Positions 1 to 12,598 of a stretch of 64,000 nt of DNA are shown in pieces. Within the stretch, counting starts at the first letter, position 1, and the number at the start of each line of letters is the position of its first letter. The notes under the pieces are model-generated. The model saw nothing but the letters and a program-made list of their open reading frames with translations, did no database searches and was not told the DNA's origin. The translations under genes were made by a program, and so were the position numbers. The DNA is from Chrysemys picta bellii (taxonomy: Eukaryota): assembly GCF_011386835.1 (NCBI RefSeq), contig NC_088792.1, forward strand, positions 243,102,001 through 243,166,000, given 5' to 3'.

Positions 1-376
1 ACCAGTGTGATCCCTGCAACTGTAGAAGTCTAACAACTTTTCTGCACTCCCTCACTTACCCTTGTTTCAGATAAGCCCCTTCATCTGGTCTGTGCATTGT
101 GCGGCACTGTAATTGTGAAAGCACCTTTTAGTTTTAGTAAAGCACTGTTTTTTCAATTATAAAAGTGCCAACAAAATCAAATCTGCAGATCATGAACTGA
201 TATGCACTTTGCCCCAGAGTTTTTCTTCAAACTTAACTTTTCTGGATGAAACTACCATTATTAAGATCTCAGTGACGCTCTTACAGAGATGTTTGATTGA
301 AAAACTTTCAAAAAGACCTGAAGTTAAGCATATGCTTGATAAAATTGTTTATCTGCTTTGTGGACTTTTTGTCTCT

Positions 377-420
377 CCCCCCCCCCCCCCCCATCCCCCC
401 TCATTCCCCCCCCCCCCCCC
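377..420. repeat. Poly-C tracts (C16, C6, C15)
   Basis: Directly visible homopolymer runs. Confidence 0.9.
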
Positions 421-659
421 TGTTACTAGCATTTTTCTTGTTCCATGAAAGTATTCAGGAGACACAGCCTTTCTGCGTTGCTTGTATTCCATGTTCAGCA
501 CTTGGGGTCTTGGTAAATTTAACTAGCAGCAAGCAGAATGACAGTTTTTTTCTGAATCACGCTCAATACCTCTTGATTAGCAGAGAAGAAGTTGATTGCT
601 GCCTAACAATTATGCCATCCTGATAGGCTTTTGACTCTTGTACCAGGATCAGCCACTAC

Positions 660-1377
660 TATGGGTTCTTAAGACAAATTATTTGGTGGCCTCCGAGTGT
701 GGCCATCAACTCTTTCTGGTGGCTGCTCTCACACTTTTTCCTAAAATATTTAATTAGCTTTAGGAAAAACAAAAATATGCACATATACACATCCCAATCA
801 TTGTAATTTATTTATTGCTAATTAGTAAATCTGTTGTGAAAAGTAATATTACCAAACATACAAATATTGTTTTTCACAGCAGAATTACTTAGCCCTGACA
901 AGCCTGGAGACTAATTAAGCCCTGGATGGGTGACAGTGGGGGCCAGGAGCAATGTGGGTGAGTGAGTGGCTGGTGGAGGCGGTGGGGGGGCTGGAGCCTG
1001 AAGCCCTGTGGCCGGACAGAGCCTGAAGCCATGCGGCTGGAGCCTGGGGCCCACCATCACGCAACTGGAGCCTGAAGCCCTGCAGCCAGAGCCTGCCACC
1101 CCGCTGCCCCAGGGCTGAAGTCCAAAGCCTAAGCCCCAATGCCCCTGAGAAGGTGGGGAACCCACTGACTGTCTGCTCTTCCAGGGTTGTACCCTAGGTG
1201 TCTCCAGAGGGGGACAGGGCCCAACCCCTGCTGGCAGCCCCAGCAATCAACACTAAGGCAGTGCATCTAAGAAGGGGGGGGGGAGGAGGGAGAGGCCGCT
1301 GCTTACCGCCTCCCATCACAGCACAGAAGGCTGTGGCCGCAAGAAAAGCTCCTGGTGGCCGCATTTGAGAAATGCTT
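660..1377. mobile_element. Non-autonomous hAT (Charlie-like) DNA transposon, decayed
   Basis: Degenerate TIR-like ends (atgggttcttaa / tttgagaaatgctt), subterminal GTGGCC motifs at both ends, GC-rich core. No TSD recovered. Confidence 0.5.
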
Positions 1378-1489
1378 CTAGAACTAGGTCCCTTTCCCTG
1401 GCTCCAGTTAGAGAAAAAACAGGAATGGCCCAGAAAATGAGTAAAATAATGAAGATTTCCACAAGTGAAAATACTGTTACTTTTTAGTT

Positions 1490-1900
1490 TAGGGAGGAGC
1501 TAAGTAAGAGGGGACATGATAGAAGTATACAGAACAATGAGCGGAATAGAGACAGTACATTGTCCATGTTTTCTTATTCTTTCTCATAGAACTATGAAAA
1601 AGGGGATATTCAATGAAATTGAGAGGCAACTAACTTAAAATTGTTTTATGTAACCTGTGAAACTCATTGCTACAAGATATTATTGAGCTCAATAGACCTC
1701 CTAGGGTTAAAAATAAGGATTAAACTTTTATATAGATAATGTTAGTTACATAAAATATAATTTAAAAAATTAAGAATATAGTGCCCTCGTGTTTCAGGGG
1801 ATAAGCCAGCCTTTTATGAGGAAGAAAAATCTTTCCTCGGGTCAAGTTATTCTACAGTTGTACAGGATATCTTGCATTTCTGCTATCAGACAGCATTGAT
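1490..1900 (+). mobile_element. Old CR1-type LINE 3' fragment
   Basis: Degenerate CR1 ORF2 C-terminal motifs (gctaagtaagaggggacatgatagaagtatac...; tgtgaaactcattgctacaagatatt). Confidence 0.55.
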
Positions 1901-1974
1901 CCGATCTTTTATAGTGATTCCTGCATGTCACTGTTTGGCCCTGAAGTTAGAACTTTTTGTTTAAAAGCTGATAA

Positions 1975-2450
1975 TTCAAAATGCTCTAAAATCCACATGC
2001 ATATTCAGATTCATTTCCAAACTCACTCCACATAAGGTCTGGGATACAGATATAGGAGTAACTGTGGGATCATTTGGTCAAGAATTTCTTCATATATAAC
2101 GCCCATCATAAGTAGCTGATTTTAATGTTCAAAGTGCTCTAAAACCCTTCTGCATATGGAGTGTATCTTGAAAAATGGCATACAGCAAAGATGGTGGTTT
2201 GACCTTGTGATATAAATTAGGAATAACTTGGTCAAGGGATTCCTGAGATACTTCATCCTTCCCTCCTTCTCCTCAGCCCCATATGAACTGTCTTTAATTT
2301 TCAAAGTGCTCTAAAATTCATATGCACAGAGAAATTGTCTTGAAAATTGGTATACTGAAGGAAGGGGCTGGGATAGAGATTGTGGTGCAAATTTTGGTGT
2401 CATTTGTTCAATGAGTTTCTGAGATAGAGGTTCCCCCGGATTGAGCTGCT
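1975..2450. repeat. Three degenerate tandem units of ~153-172 bp
   Basis: Units start ttcaaa(a/g)tgctctaaaa at 1975, 2128 and 2300 and end in similar (c/a)a(t/c)ttg(g/t)tcaa...ttc(t/c)t(g/c)a(g/t)ata motifs. Confidence 0.65.
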
Positions 2451-3519
2451 TTTAAAATCTTCAGATTCTATAACTTTCTTACTGCATAGCTAAAACCTAA
2501 GGTGGCTGATCATCATGTAGTGTATAGTTGGATTATGCCAAGTTTAGATACTCAATGGTAATTAGAACCAGTTTACACACATTTCAAAAGTTACTGTACT
2601 ACAAATACTTCAGTATATCAGTGTGCATCTCTGCAAGCAATCTATGAGCCATTGCTTCCTCAGGAATATTTTTGAGTGATGCTGACTGAGCAATGTATTC
2701 ACATGGTGGCTCAGGGAAACAGGCATTGACTCTTGAACTGAATCCTCTCCTTGGGAAATATGCATGCTGTGCACATTACTGCACTCAAATTGTCTTTTGC
2801 TTGGTATAGGGCCACAGAAGGGCTCCTTTTGGAAGTGTGAGTGATGTGTGCAATATTGAAAAGGTTAAGCACATCAGAAGCATATCCCCAGTACCATCTA
2901 CCTTTCTGCCTAAGTGGCACTCTAGGACAGTTTGGGCAGTGCTGTCTGGGATGTGAAACTTGGTATGGTTGTGTGGGTGAGCTGTCATGGAAGGGACTAA
3001 CTGCCACAGAGAGGCTAGTGCAAGAGTCCCAGACAGGACAAATCAGTTCTCTGCCAGGAGGGGTTCACTGAATTCCTGCCATGTCATACTAAGCATGATG
3101 GGCCAGGTCAGTACTGGGAGCTGGGAATGGGTATGATTGAATACCATAGGCACGCAATACTGAGGCCTGGTCTGCACTACAAAGTTAGGCTGATGTAAAT
3201 ACACATGTGTCAACCTTGCTATGCACGTGTCTATGCTTAAACTTGTCTTCTGCCCACGTAAGTGGCCTATTACAATGATGCAATAACACTGCCCCCCAAA
3301 AGTGTGTGAGTGTAGATGGTGCCTTAGTTGTGTTGACCCTAACAATCTTCCAGCACCTGTCCCTCAAGTACCCTGTCCCTGAGACAGTGACTCCTCTGGT
3401 CACAATTTTGAAGAGTCCAGAAGTCCACCCACCCCTTTACAATTCTTGTGTGTCTTTTGAAATGCCTTTTCCTCATTGCCCATCTTATTGAGCATATCTA
3501 GCAGCTCTCCTTTTCTTGT

Positions 3520-5400
3520 GTGGATCCAGCTGCCCTACTGATCATGCCAGTTCCACCTACACAGAAAGCTACTAGAGTCACTCCTGCCTGGAATAGGCAA
3601 GAAGTATTGGATCTGCTTAGCTTGTGGGGAAAAGAGGCTCTGCAAGCACAGCTATGGACCAGCCATAGAAACATAGTCATCTATGAGCAGTTTGCACAGG
3701 GGATGATGGAAAAGGGGCACAACAGGGATCAGCAGCAGTGCAACATGAAAGCAAAAGAAGTCTGCTAGTAATATCACAAAGCGTGGGAATGTGGTTCTGC
3801 CCTGCAGATCTGCTGCTTTTACAATGAACTGTGTGCTGTACTTGGCAGTTAACCCACCAACATTCACAAATGATGGTGGGTACCTGAGAGGAACCCAAGA
3901 TCGAGACCCCTGCCATGAACGGTGGTGGTGGTAGTGGGAAGTCATCAGGGGACTCGAATCTTGCTGTGAGCTAGGAACTATTTGACATTCTGCAGGAGTC
4001 TAGCCAGATGAGCCTACTGACGGAAGGGAAGGGAATTCAGGTAAGTGTGTACATGCATTATTCCTTGTAATGTTTGTGTTTTTTATTTTCCTTTCGCTCA
4101 AACTTAATCTGTTCCTTCACCTCCCCTCCCCATGCCTTTGTTTGCTATTTAAAAATGGCAACATACGAATGGGTCAGGCAGTTCAAGAGGTATTGACTTT
4201 TCATTGCTTTACTGGTATAATGTTAGAAAATAAAAAGGGTTGTATGGCAGTCTGGTTAAACAGTCCATTTCAGATCTGTGCCCTGTACTCAGGTAGTGGT
4301 AGAATAAATGGGGTAGAATCAGGATCTGTTTTTCAGTTTTTTAGTCTGTTGGGCTAGGCAGGGGGGCGTGCAGAATACTGTTGACCAGAGTAGGAATGTC
4401 TCTCTTATCCTCTTGAGAGATCACAATGAAACTTTTCAGGAGAGGTTAACAGACTATTTCCATGAGATTTTCAGCCTTGTTTTTTTCATCACAATAAGAC
4501 ACCTTTCCGTGCCACTCTGCAATGAGTTTGGCAGGCACCATTGTGGTAAACAGCCTATCCGCATTTGGGCCTGGGCGGCTTCGGGATGCCAGTAGAACCT
4601 GGGCTCTTTGTGCCTTTGTCACCCTCAGGAGTGAGAGATCAGGTAAAATCATTGCTTGTGAAAATAGTGCCAATATGTTCACTTCCATTTCCCTATATCA
4701 TACCTAGGGAGGGTGCCTAACTTAATAATAATGTGCAGAAGAACACTCTTCCTCCTCCTCCTCCTGGTGATGCCATACCCACTATGGTTTGAGCTGGAGA
4801 GTGGTGCTGTAGCGAGGCACTCTAAAGCTAAAGTGTCAATAAGCATTTATTAAAGGTATTTGTTGGAATAATGTAAAGAAAGTTTTGAGACTTACCTTTC
4901 CCTTTCTGCGGTGACTAAATCTTATGGGATATCTATCTGTTTTTATCAGTAACTTTTTGTGTGCTGGCCTAAAGGGGGGTCACCCCTCCGCATCCCTGAA
5001 TGTCTGATCCTGATCCTGAGGAAAAGGAAGGAAACTAGGGAGGATATGTTCCACGAGATCCTCCAAACCACAGTTGCCTTGCACAGTGATCACAGGTGTT
5101 GGGGTGCCCTTCACAAGGTGAACGAGGAGAAAATGAATGGAGAAAGCCGTGACTGCAGGACAGGCAAAAGGACCGAGAGGCGCATCAGAAAATGCATCAG
5201 GACATAACGGGATTGCTCAGGAAACAAACACAAATGTTGCAGAGTATGATTGATCTACAGTCCCAAAGATCTTTGCAGTCTTTGGAGAACGTCATAGCTG
5301 CTGCTTCCTCCAACTCACAATATTCCATGTGGCACTGTGCTGCACATTCTTACCCCATCACTGTATGCCGGGGGACAACAAGAAGAACTATTTCTACACA
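3520..5400 (+). pseudogene. Harbinger Myb/SANT (trihelix) DNA-binding protein gene, two exons (intron about 4041-4949), disrupted
   Basis: PAWNRQEVLDLLSLWGKEALQAQLW...QQCNMKAKE trihelix motif, GTAAGT donor at 4041, later RKRKETREDMFHEILQ segment; stops and frameshifts. Confidence 0.8.
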
Positions 5401-5796
5401 TTACACTAACCTGTTGAAACCACAGATCAATGTGTATGTAGCCACAATGCACTGCACTGAACTATTTACATACATGGACATACATGTTTACTGTTTACTT
5501 CCATTTTCATTTGGGATTGTTGGCAAAAGTATTTCTTAACATGCTATGTGTGTATTTGCAGTTTAATTTTGTTAACTGCTGTTTTGCGCACAATAAAGTT
5601 CTATTTTTGTAAAGCCAGACTATTTTTATTAGTTCACATCAAGCATTGCAGAGTATGTAGTGGTAGGCAGAGTGCCAATCAAATTCATAAATATACACCA
5701 AGCATTACAGAATTCATAACAGCAGGCAGAGACCGTACCAATATATAATGTGAAGTACAGAGAACAGACACTATTTCATAAAAGCAACAGAGAACT

Positions 5797-6991
5797 CTAC
5801 TGTGGCTGACCGGTAAAATGCTCTTTTACCTCCCTCAGCTGCACAGTACCATGGTTGCCTCTTCTAGTAGCCCTTGTGTCATCTGGCTGTTCAGATTTAG
5901 TAGACAGATGGTCAACCTAAACTCCTCCACCCTGGCAGCAATTTTTCCACCCTTGTCTCATAGATGTTATGCAGTACACAACATGCAGTTATAACTATTG
6001 GGATGATTTTCTCATTGAGATTGAATTAAGTGAGTAAACAACACCAGTGTCTCTTCAGTTTACCAAAGGCACACTCAACAGTCATTCTGCACCAGCAGAG
6101 CTGGTAGTGAAACCTTTCCTTGGCTCTTTTGAGGTGGCCAGTGTACGGATGCACGAGCAAGGCATATGCTGGGTCCCCCAGAATCACTTCTGACATCACC
6201 AATAGTAATCCGCCAATTGGGAAAGACTGTCCCTGCTTACAGCTTTTTGAAAAGTCCTGTGTTCTTAAAGATGCAAGTGTCTTGTACCTTCCTTGACCAG
6301 CCCACATTGATATCAGTGAAGCTCCCCACATGATTCACTAGTGCTTACATTACTAAAGAAATGCAGCCCTTTCTGTTGATGTACTCTCTGGCAAGGTGAG
6401 CCAGTGCCAAAATAGATGGTATGCATACCCCTATCTCCCCACCACAGATAACCCCATTGCTGCACGTCCGTCCAGTATTTCCTATACTTTACTGAGTTAA
6501 TGGCCTTACATACTTGGCCTGCACTGTGGATTTTTCAACTCCCAAATTATTGCCTGCTGACCAGTAGCAATTCAGTGTTCCAAGTTTCCAGAGCTTGATT
6601 GCCACTCACTTCTCCACTGTCACTGCATCTCCCATTTTGGTACACCTGTGTTGGAGGACTGGGGTGAGCTCAGCACACAACCCCAGGAATGTGGCCTTTT
6701 GCATCCGCAAGTTCTGCAGCCACTGCTTATCATCCCAAATCTGCATTACAGTGCAATCCTACCAGTCAGTGCTTATTTGTCAGTCCTAGTAATTGCTCTC
6801 CACTATGTGATACTGCTCCATGAACACCAGCTATGATCTTGGATTGTTTTTTCACTATCAGCATTCAGTATTGTGCTCACATGGTAGTCCCTGTTGTAGC
6901 AGTACTCCCTTAAGCTGTGCAAATACTGGAGAATTGTATGTCGTATATTAGCAATGCAGAGGAGAATTCTGTTAAGTGCTGCAGATGCCAT
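5797..6991 (-). pseudogene. Harbinger (HARBI1-like DDE) transposase, disrupted
   Basis: QWLQNLRMQKATFLGLCAEL, VILGDPAY, RMTVECAFGKLKRHWCCL and ACCVLHNI motifs; frameshifts and stops. Confidence 0.88.
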
Positions 6992-7039
6992 GCTTCTAGA
7001 GAGATGGCAGACACTGAAAAATGCTGTGTGGGACTGTGG

Positions 7040-7366
7040 GAGTTCAAGCGGCTTGCACGCTCCCAGACAGGAGTCCCTTCCACGCAGCAGTCTCTCTCTC
7101 CTGTCTGGGGGCATGCGAGCTGCTTGAACACACAAGCATGACCAGGGATAGCCGCTGGTAAGCCTGGTGCCTGCCCCAGTGGGCAGGGCTGTGGGTGGTA
7201 CAGCCACACCCTGGTGCAGGGCACCGGCTTCTGGGAGTGGTGGCCCGATGTGCTGCTCCTTTCGTCTCTGTGGTTCCTGGTAGAGCCCTGCACCTCTCCG
7301 GATACCGATTTATATCTGCAAATATCCGCATGTCCTGATATAAATTTGTATCTGTGAAGGGCTCTA
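7040..7366. mobile_element. GC-rich non-autonomous DNA transposon fragment (hAT-like) ending in a short tagagccctg...agggctcta inverted repeat (7281-7366)
   Basis: Inverted termini with ATCCGC/GATA sub-repeats between them. No TSD. Confidence 0.4.
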
Positions 7367-8988
7367 CCTATTAGCTCCTTGTTTCAGACAGTGTACAAAT
7401 TGGACAGACTAAAATAATGATTTTGTCTGGTTCAGAACACTCTTGCGGTTTCCTGGCTGTCTTAAGCCTTAACTGTCCACCCTGCTAATCTGCCAAGTGT
7501 TCCAGCTTCCCCATTAAAACTTATAAGTGCAATTATATATAGTCAGTGCAAATATTATCATTTAATATTTGAAAACTTGGAGCAGCATAGAATAAATTGA
7601 TTGTAATATCAAAATATTACTCTGATGGTAGTAGCCATATTTAATTCAATGGAAGCCTCCCTTTGATCTTAGTTGAACCTGACACAATTTGTATGTTGCC
7701 ATACAAAAATGACACAGAAATTAGGTCTAATTTACTGCAAAGCACACAGGGCCTTCGGTAATGCTGGTATATGCAAGTTGCAGTTGTGGAAGAAAAATTA
7801 ATGCAATTACAGCATGCTTTCGAAATCAATATATGCCATAGCAGAAGTACTGTAGAAGATTTAACTAATACTTATATACAAATGAAACAAGATTTTTTTT
7901 TTTGGTTAGTATTCTGCAGTTAGAAAGTATGTATGCAATAAGAGTGTTGTTTTTGAAGTTTGGGATGACAATTATATAGTTATTGCAGATATACTGTAGC
8001 TATACTGTAATTTTACAACTTAAATTTTCAAAAGTGACTACTGTTTTGGGGGTGCTTCAATTTTGGGTTGTCAAATTTGAGATACCTTAAACAATTTTTA
8101 CTTTTTCAGAAAGTGCTTAGCACCCCACCCTCTGCAAAATCAGGCCTCCTTACTCTGACAAGTTGCTCACACAATTGAGACATCCATAATGACTTTGAAA
8201 ATGTAGCCCTAAATGTTGAAACAAGTGCCTTCCAGTCTTCCAGTAACACAAAGACTGAAGTAGACAGAGATTATCCTGCTGAAAGAGTTCATCTCTCAAT
8301 AATGGAGAATTTTAGATATTAAATTTCTCATAACTGAGAGTTACCTTGAAATTTCAAAAATGTAATTCATGCTTTGCACAATTTGTTACTTATCACAGAC
8401 TTCATCTTGCAAACATGCATGTGCTTAACTTTACTACTGTGAGTAGTCCCATTGACCAACACCAGGCAACCTTTACTGTGTGTTAACTAAGTATTTTGCC
8501 ATTTAATTTCTATTCTATATTTGGAAAGAAGGTGGATGTTGTATTCATTTCTTACAGTAATAATGAAATACTTTTTATTCTAACAGTAAATAGAGGTGAT
8601 GTTTAACAGCATTAATGACAGTTAAATATTTTTTAGTTAGTTAGTCTGGATAACTTTGCTCATTTTAACATTGCTGATAAAGTCAGCAGATGGCACACAG
8701 GCGTAGTAAATAGAAAGGACATGGATAATGATTGTAGCACATCACTGTTTAGTAGTTATTGTTTTTTTAAACAGTTTTCACTATGCATGTTTAAATAACT
8801 CAAGCAAGGGAGATTTAGAGACAACCAATTAGATAAACAAACACCATAAAACAGGTGTATAATGAGGGAAAAACTAGGAATAACGGTGGAAAAATTTACT
8901 GACTACTGAAAAGAATTTTATGACAGCAAAATCTGTTTTTCTGGTCCCATCTTCCTAGTGATGTGGTGCAAATTCCATCACTTGGGTC

Positions 8989-9446
8989 CAGGGCCGGCTC
9001 TGGCTTTTTGGCCACCCCAAGCAAAAAAAAAAAATGGGGCAGCCAGAAGGGCAAAGCAAAAAAAAAAAAAAAAAAAAAACCTGCGGCGTGGCTGGAGTGC
9101 GGTTGCAGGGGGACCGGCTGGGGTGGGGGGAGAGCGCGGGCGGGGGAGAGAGAGAAGGGGGCGGCCAGGGCTACAGCAGGGGCGCTGCCACGCGGCCCCT
9201 CCCGCTGCGCCGCCGCCTGCCGCAAGGGCTACGCGCCGGTCGGCGGGGGGAAGGAAGAGGACTGCCCTGCAGGACGCTCTGGTTCTCCGCGCCGCCGCCC
9301 CCTACAGGGCAGCCGGAGCGGAACAAGAACAAAACAAACAACAACAAAAAGTGGTCGTGCCGCCCTAGGATTGGGCAGAATGCCGCCTCGAACAATCTGC
9401 CGCCCCAAGCACCAGCTTGCTCAGCTGGTGCCTGGAGCCGGCCCTG
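8989..9446. mobile_element. Young hAT-type MITE
   Basis: Perfect TIR CAGGGCCGGCTC/GAGCCGGCCCTG; 8-bp TSD cttgggtc/tttgggtc; CpG-rich with internal poly-A. Confidence 0.92.
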
Positions 9447-10563
9447 TTTGGGTCATAGTAAAACAGAAGAAAAAAGGTACTTATCTTTAGCAAGGACATA
9501 AACTGGATTATCTAAAAAAATTAGAGTTTATGAACTTGACATAGGGGAAAATATCATTGGAGTATTAATCCACGAGATGTTAGATAATCTGTAGGACTAT
9601 ATTAAAGTCCCTGACTACATTTTGTGGTGACAGATATTAGAAGTGACTGAAGTTGTTATAATCCTGTCTGATAGAAAGATTGTCTAATTACAGTAATTGC
9701 AGGCTAGTTACAAAAACTAGAATAGATTCAGTCACAAAACTGTTAATCTGAATGAACACACATACTCATACCAATAGAAGTTTAGCTAACAACTTCACCA
9801 TCTAGGGCAGAAACTTACCAGGAATCCTAAAACTATTCAATTCAAGAATGTTTTCTTAACTTTTTTTTTGTACATTTTTGAGACTGAGTATTTTAGCATT
9901 GGATAGAGGAGCAATGAGAACAAGTGAAGTTCCTTCATTCTGATTTGCAGCTCTTCTGCTGTTGAAATCTAGGTCGTTCCCAAGGAGATACGGTCAACTG
10001 GCAAAGTGTGGTAAATATGCAATACTGGTACAAAGTTCAACAGAACTGAAATATGTAAAATGAAAACAGTTACCAATGAAAGTCAATATCATTGCATAAA
10101 TACTTTCATTTCTTCAAAAGCAACGTTTTGTGTATAGCTGATGCACCATATTTCTGAAACACTTGTAAATAAATACAACTATGCAGATGTTTGTAAAAAT
10201 TTATTTTTTAAATGCTAAATTCCCCCTATAAAAAACAAACTCTAGTACAGCTCTGAGATTAGATATGATGATCTCCTACACAGACTATAGCATTCAGTGC
10301 TAGTTCCATAGGTATTTTTCCATCTGATATCAAGGCAGCGGTGAGTTCCAATCTGTTTTCCTCCATAAAGACTTGTTTAAATATTTTAATTCATAAAATT
10401 AAGGAAGTGAAATAATGACATGAATGTTTTTATTTTTATTTTTTTAGTTTCAAAATTCATATTAATCCCATTGTAGGCTGTAGTGGGTTTATTTGTCTGA
10501 TACGAACTATGGAAAACAAATTCCTATTTTAGTTCACTGCCATTCACTCCTAAGAAAGACTTA

Positions 10564-10818
10564 CGGCTAGTCTACGCTGGCATGCAGCAGCGCTTTAACA
10601 GGCTTGTGTGGCTGCGGCAGAGCTCTGGGAGAGAGCGCTCTAAAAAAACCCTATCTCCACGAGGGGTGTAGCTATGAACACTGGAAGCATGGCTCCCAGC
10701 GCTGGTGCACTGTTTACACTGGCGCTTTACAGCACTGAAACTTGCTGCACTTGGGTGTTTTTTCACACCGCTGAGCGAGAAAGTTGCAGTGCTGTAAAGC
10801 GCCAGTGTAGACAAGCCC
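10564..10818. mobile_element. Harbinger MITE
   Basis: TIR cggctagtctacgct / agtgtagacaagccc; TTA TSD on both sides. Confidence 0.9.
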
Positions 10819-10869
10819 TTAGAAAATCTGATCGGCCACTGACTTGCACATTGTGTAGTGCTTTATCCA

Positions 10870-10934
10870 TGTGCAAAGTGAGTGTAAAATACCACCCTTC
10901 TGAAATGTTAGCATTTTTACATTCACTTTGCACA
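10870..10934. repeat. Hairpin core of an old palindromic MITE-like repeat
   Basis: 21-bp arms tgtgcaaagtgagtgtaaaat / tttttacattcactttgcaca, 19/21 complementary. Confidence 0.6.
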
Positions 10935-11646
10935 GGTGTAAATGATTATGGCCAGTCCGGACTTTGAAGAGTAGTTCTGCTCGGAAGGGTGACTAAAATG
11001 GCATTTCAGGTCAGTACAGCTTTAATTGAGAAGCGTATCTGGCCTGCAGTATCTTTGTTGCTGGTGTTATATGGAGAAAAAGAAACCCTGGTTTAGTCTG
11101 CAAGGCAAAAGATTATAAATTGATGAGATTTGATATGGAACCACATTTACAGACTAACTTTTCAAAATAGAGTAACATTTTACTTGAAACTTTCTAGACT
11201 TATGAATTTAAAAGATTAACTCGTTTAAATATTTAAAATGTTGTAAATTAGTCTGTGTAATTTAAATATTAAAAAAAAAAATCTTTTTACTTAAGAGTAA
11301 ACCTTGTCGCAAATACCACAAGTGAAATGGCTGCTGTTGGGTTTGTTTTCCAGAGTAATATTTTGAAATTTTTAAAAATAATGCTAAGAAAACAGATGAA
11401 GTTTTAGGAGGTATCTTGGTTTGACTAGGTACGGGGTAGAGGATATATATAGGTACAGAGAATGGATCTGGAAAGTTGAATATACTGATTGGTTTTTCAT
11501 GAGATTGCTGAGTAGACGACTTTTTGCTGGCTTCTTTTATGTCTCACCTGATGGTTTTTGTGGGTTATTTTGGGGAAAGGAGTTGTTAGAAACATTTGTA
11601 TAGGACATGAGAGTTCTTCCTACTTAAAAGGCTGGACCTTAGCTTA

Positions 11647-11846
11647 GGGCTGATCTACATGGAAAAATTAAATCAACCCAGCTACATTGCTCAGCTGTAT
11701 GAAAAATCCATACCCCTGAGCAGTGTACTTAAACTGACCCAAGTCCCTGGGTAAACAATGCTAGTTTGACAGAAGAATTCTTCCATCGATCTAGCTACTG
11801 CCTCTTGGGGATGTGCCACTGAAGCGTTCCTAGTGTAGAAAAGCCT
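11647..11846. mobile_element. Harbinger MITE, older
   Basis: TIR gggctgatctaca / tgtagaaaagcct; TTA TSD on both sides. Confidence 0.8.
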
Positions 11847-12199
11847 TTAAAGTACACAGTAGTTTAGAGAAGTCGACCAAGACATACCTGTGTGAAATAT
11901 AATTAATTTACTTTCCTCCTCTTATATCATGAATACCATATCCTCCAATGATCATATAAACTCAGCTGAAGAAAGATATTTTTTGTATTTTAGAAGGAAT
12001 TCTACCAGCTCAAGAATGATCATGTTGTAGATAGTATCACTATTTGGTGAACCCTCAGATTTCTGTCTTTTGGCTGTGTTTTGAGGAGCCCTGATGAATG
12101 TCATGGGAAATTGGTGGTATCCAACCTGGGCAATCTGACATTCAAATCAATGCAGTATATCCTGAAATCTGGGTCAGAAAAGGGTGATTAGGATTACTT

Positions 12200-12450
12200 A
12201 AATTCAATTCTGGGATGGTCTTTGAGGCCTCCATGGACTTGAAGAGAGAGAGGTGAAAGGCATATTCCTAAAGATCCAGCCTGTGGAGGTCCATGTTTTC
12301 CAGGCCTGTGGGTGCTGAGGGCAGGAATAAAATTTGGTTTGCTGTTGGACTAAGTTCCATAAGAAACTTAGTAACTGTTTGTAACAAATCATCTCAGGTG
12401 CGATCTGAAGACTTGCTGGTTTAGCCCCCCATTGAGCCAGATTGAGCTGG
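12200..12450 (-). mobile_element. Highly decayed DIRS tyrosine-recombinase remnant
   Basis: Minus-strand translation TKFLME...NQILFLPS...LHRLDL*EYAFHL resembles the DIRS YR segment NQ.I.LP.F...LHTLDVRRALAFYL. Confidence 0.4.
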
Positions 12451-12598
12451 CATGTTTGAGTGAGTTGGCCTGACCGTTTGTCTTGCGGTGGATGCATGTG
12501 GCTCTGAGGGACAGACAGGCAAAAGAATATTTCTGTCCTCCATTCAGGCTTTTGCTCCCTTCCCCCTCCCACCCCCGATATGAGATAAACCACAGGTG

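Larger units (their letters stand above)
3164..7040. mobile_element. PIF/Harbinger transposon with convergent Myb/SANT and transposase genes; right end lost
   Basis: Left TIR ggcctggtctgcacta preceded by TGA; both Harbinger ORF types recognisable. Right TIR not found. Confidence 0.85.

Noticed and set aside
209-623. Proline-rich ORFs
   Set aside because: Artefact of the poly-C tracts.
2711-3007. Possible tyrosine-recombinase-like motif (HTSKRSPSVALYQAK)
   Set aside because: Single weak motif with no supporting context.
3520-3768. MSANTD/ZSCAN-like host gene
   Set aside because: It lies between a Harbinger TIR and a Harbinger transposase, and has an early stop.
8896-9501. CpG-rich block with four overlapping ORFs, resembling a WWP1 CpG-island promoter or first exon
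   Set aside because: It is bounded exactly by 12-bp TIRs and an 8-bp TSD, so it is a young MITE; the ORFs reflect GC richness.
11994-12120. Strong-looking acceptor (ttttgtattttAG at 11993) as a possible WWP1 5'UTR exon
   Set aside because: No convincing donor and no homology I can verify; needs RNA-seq.
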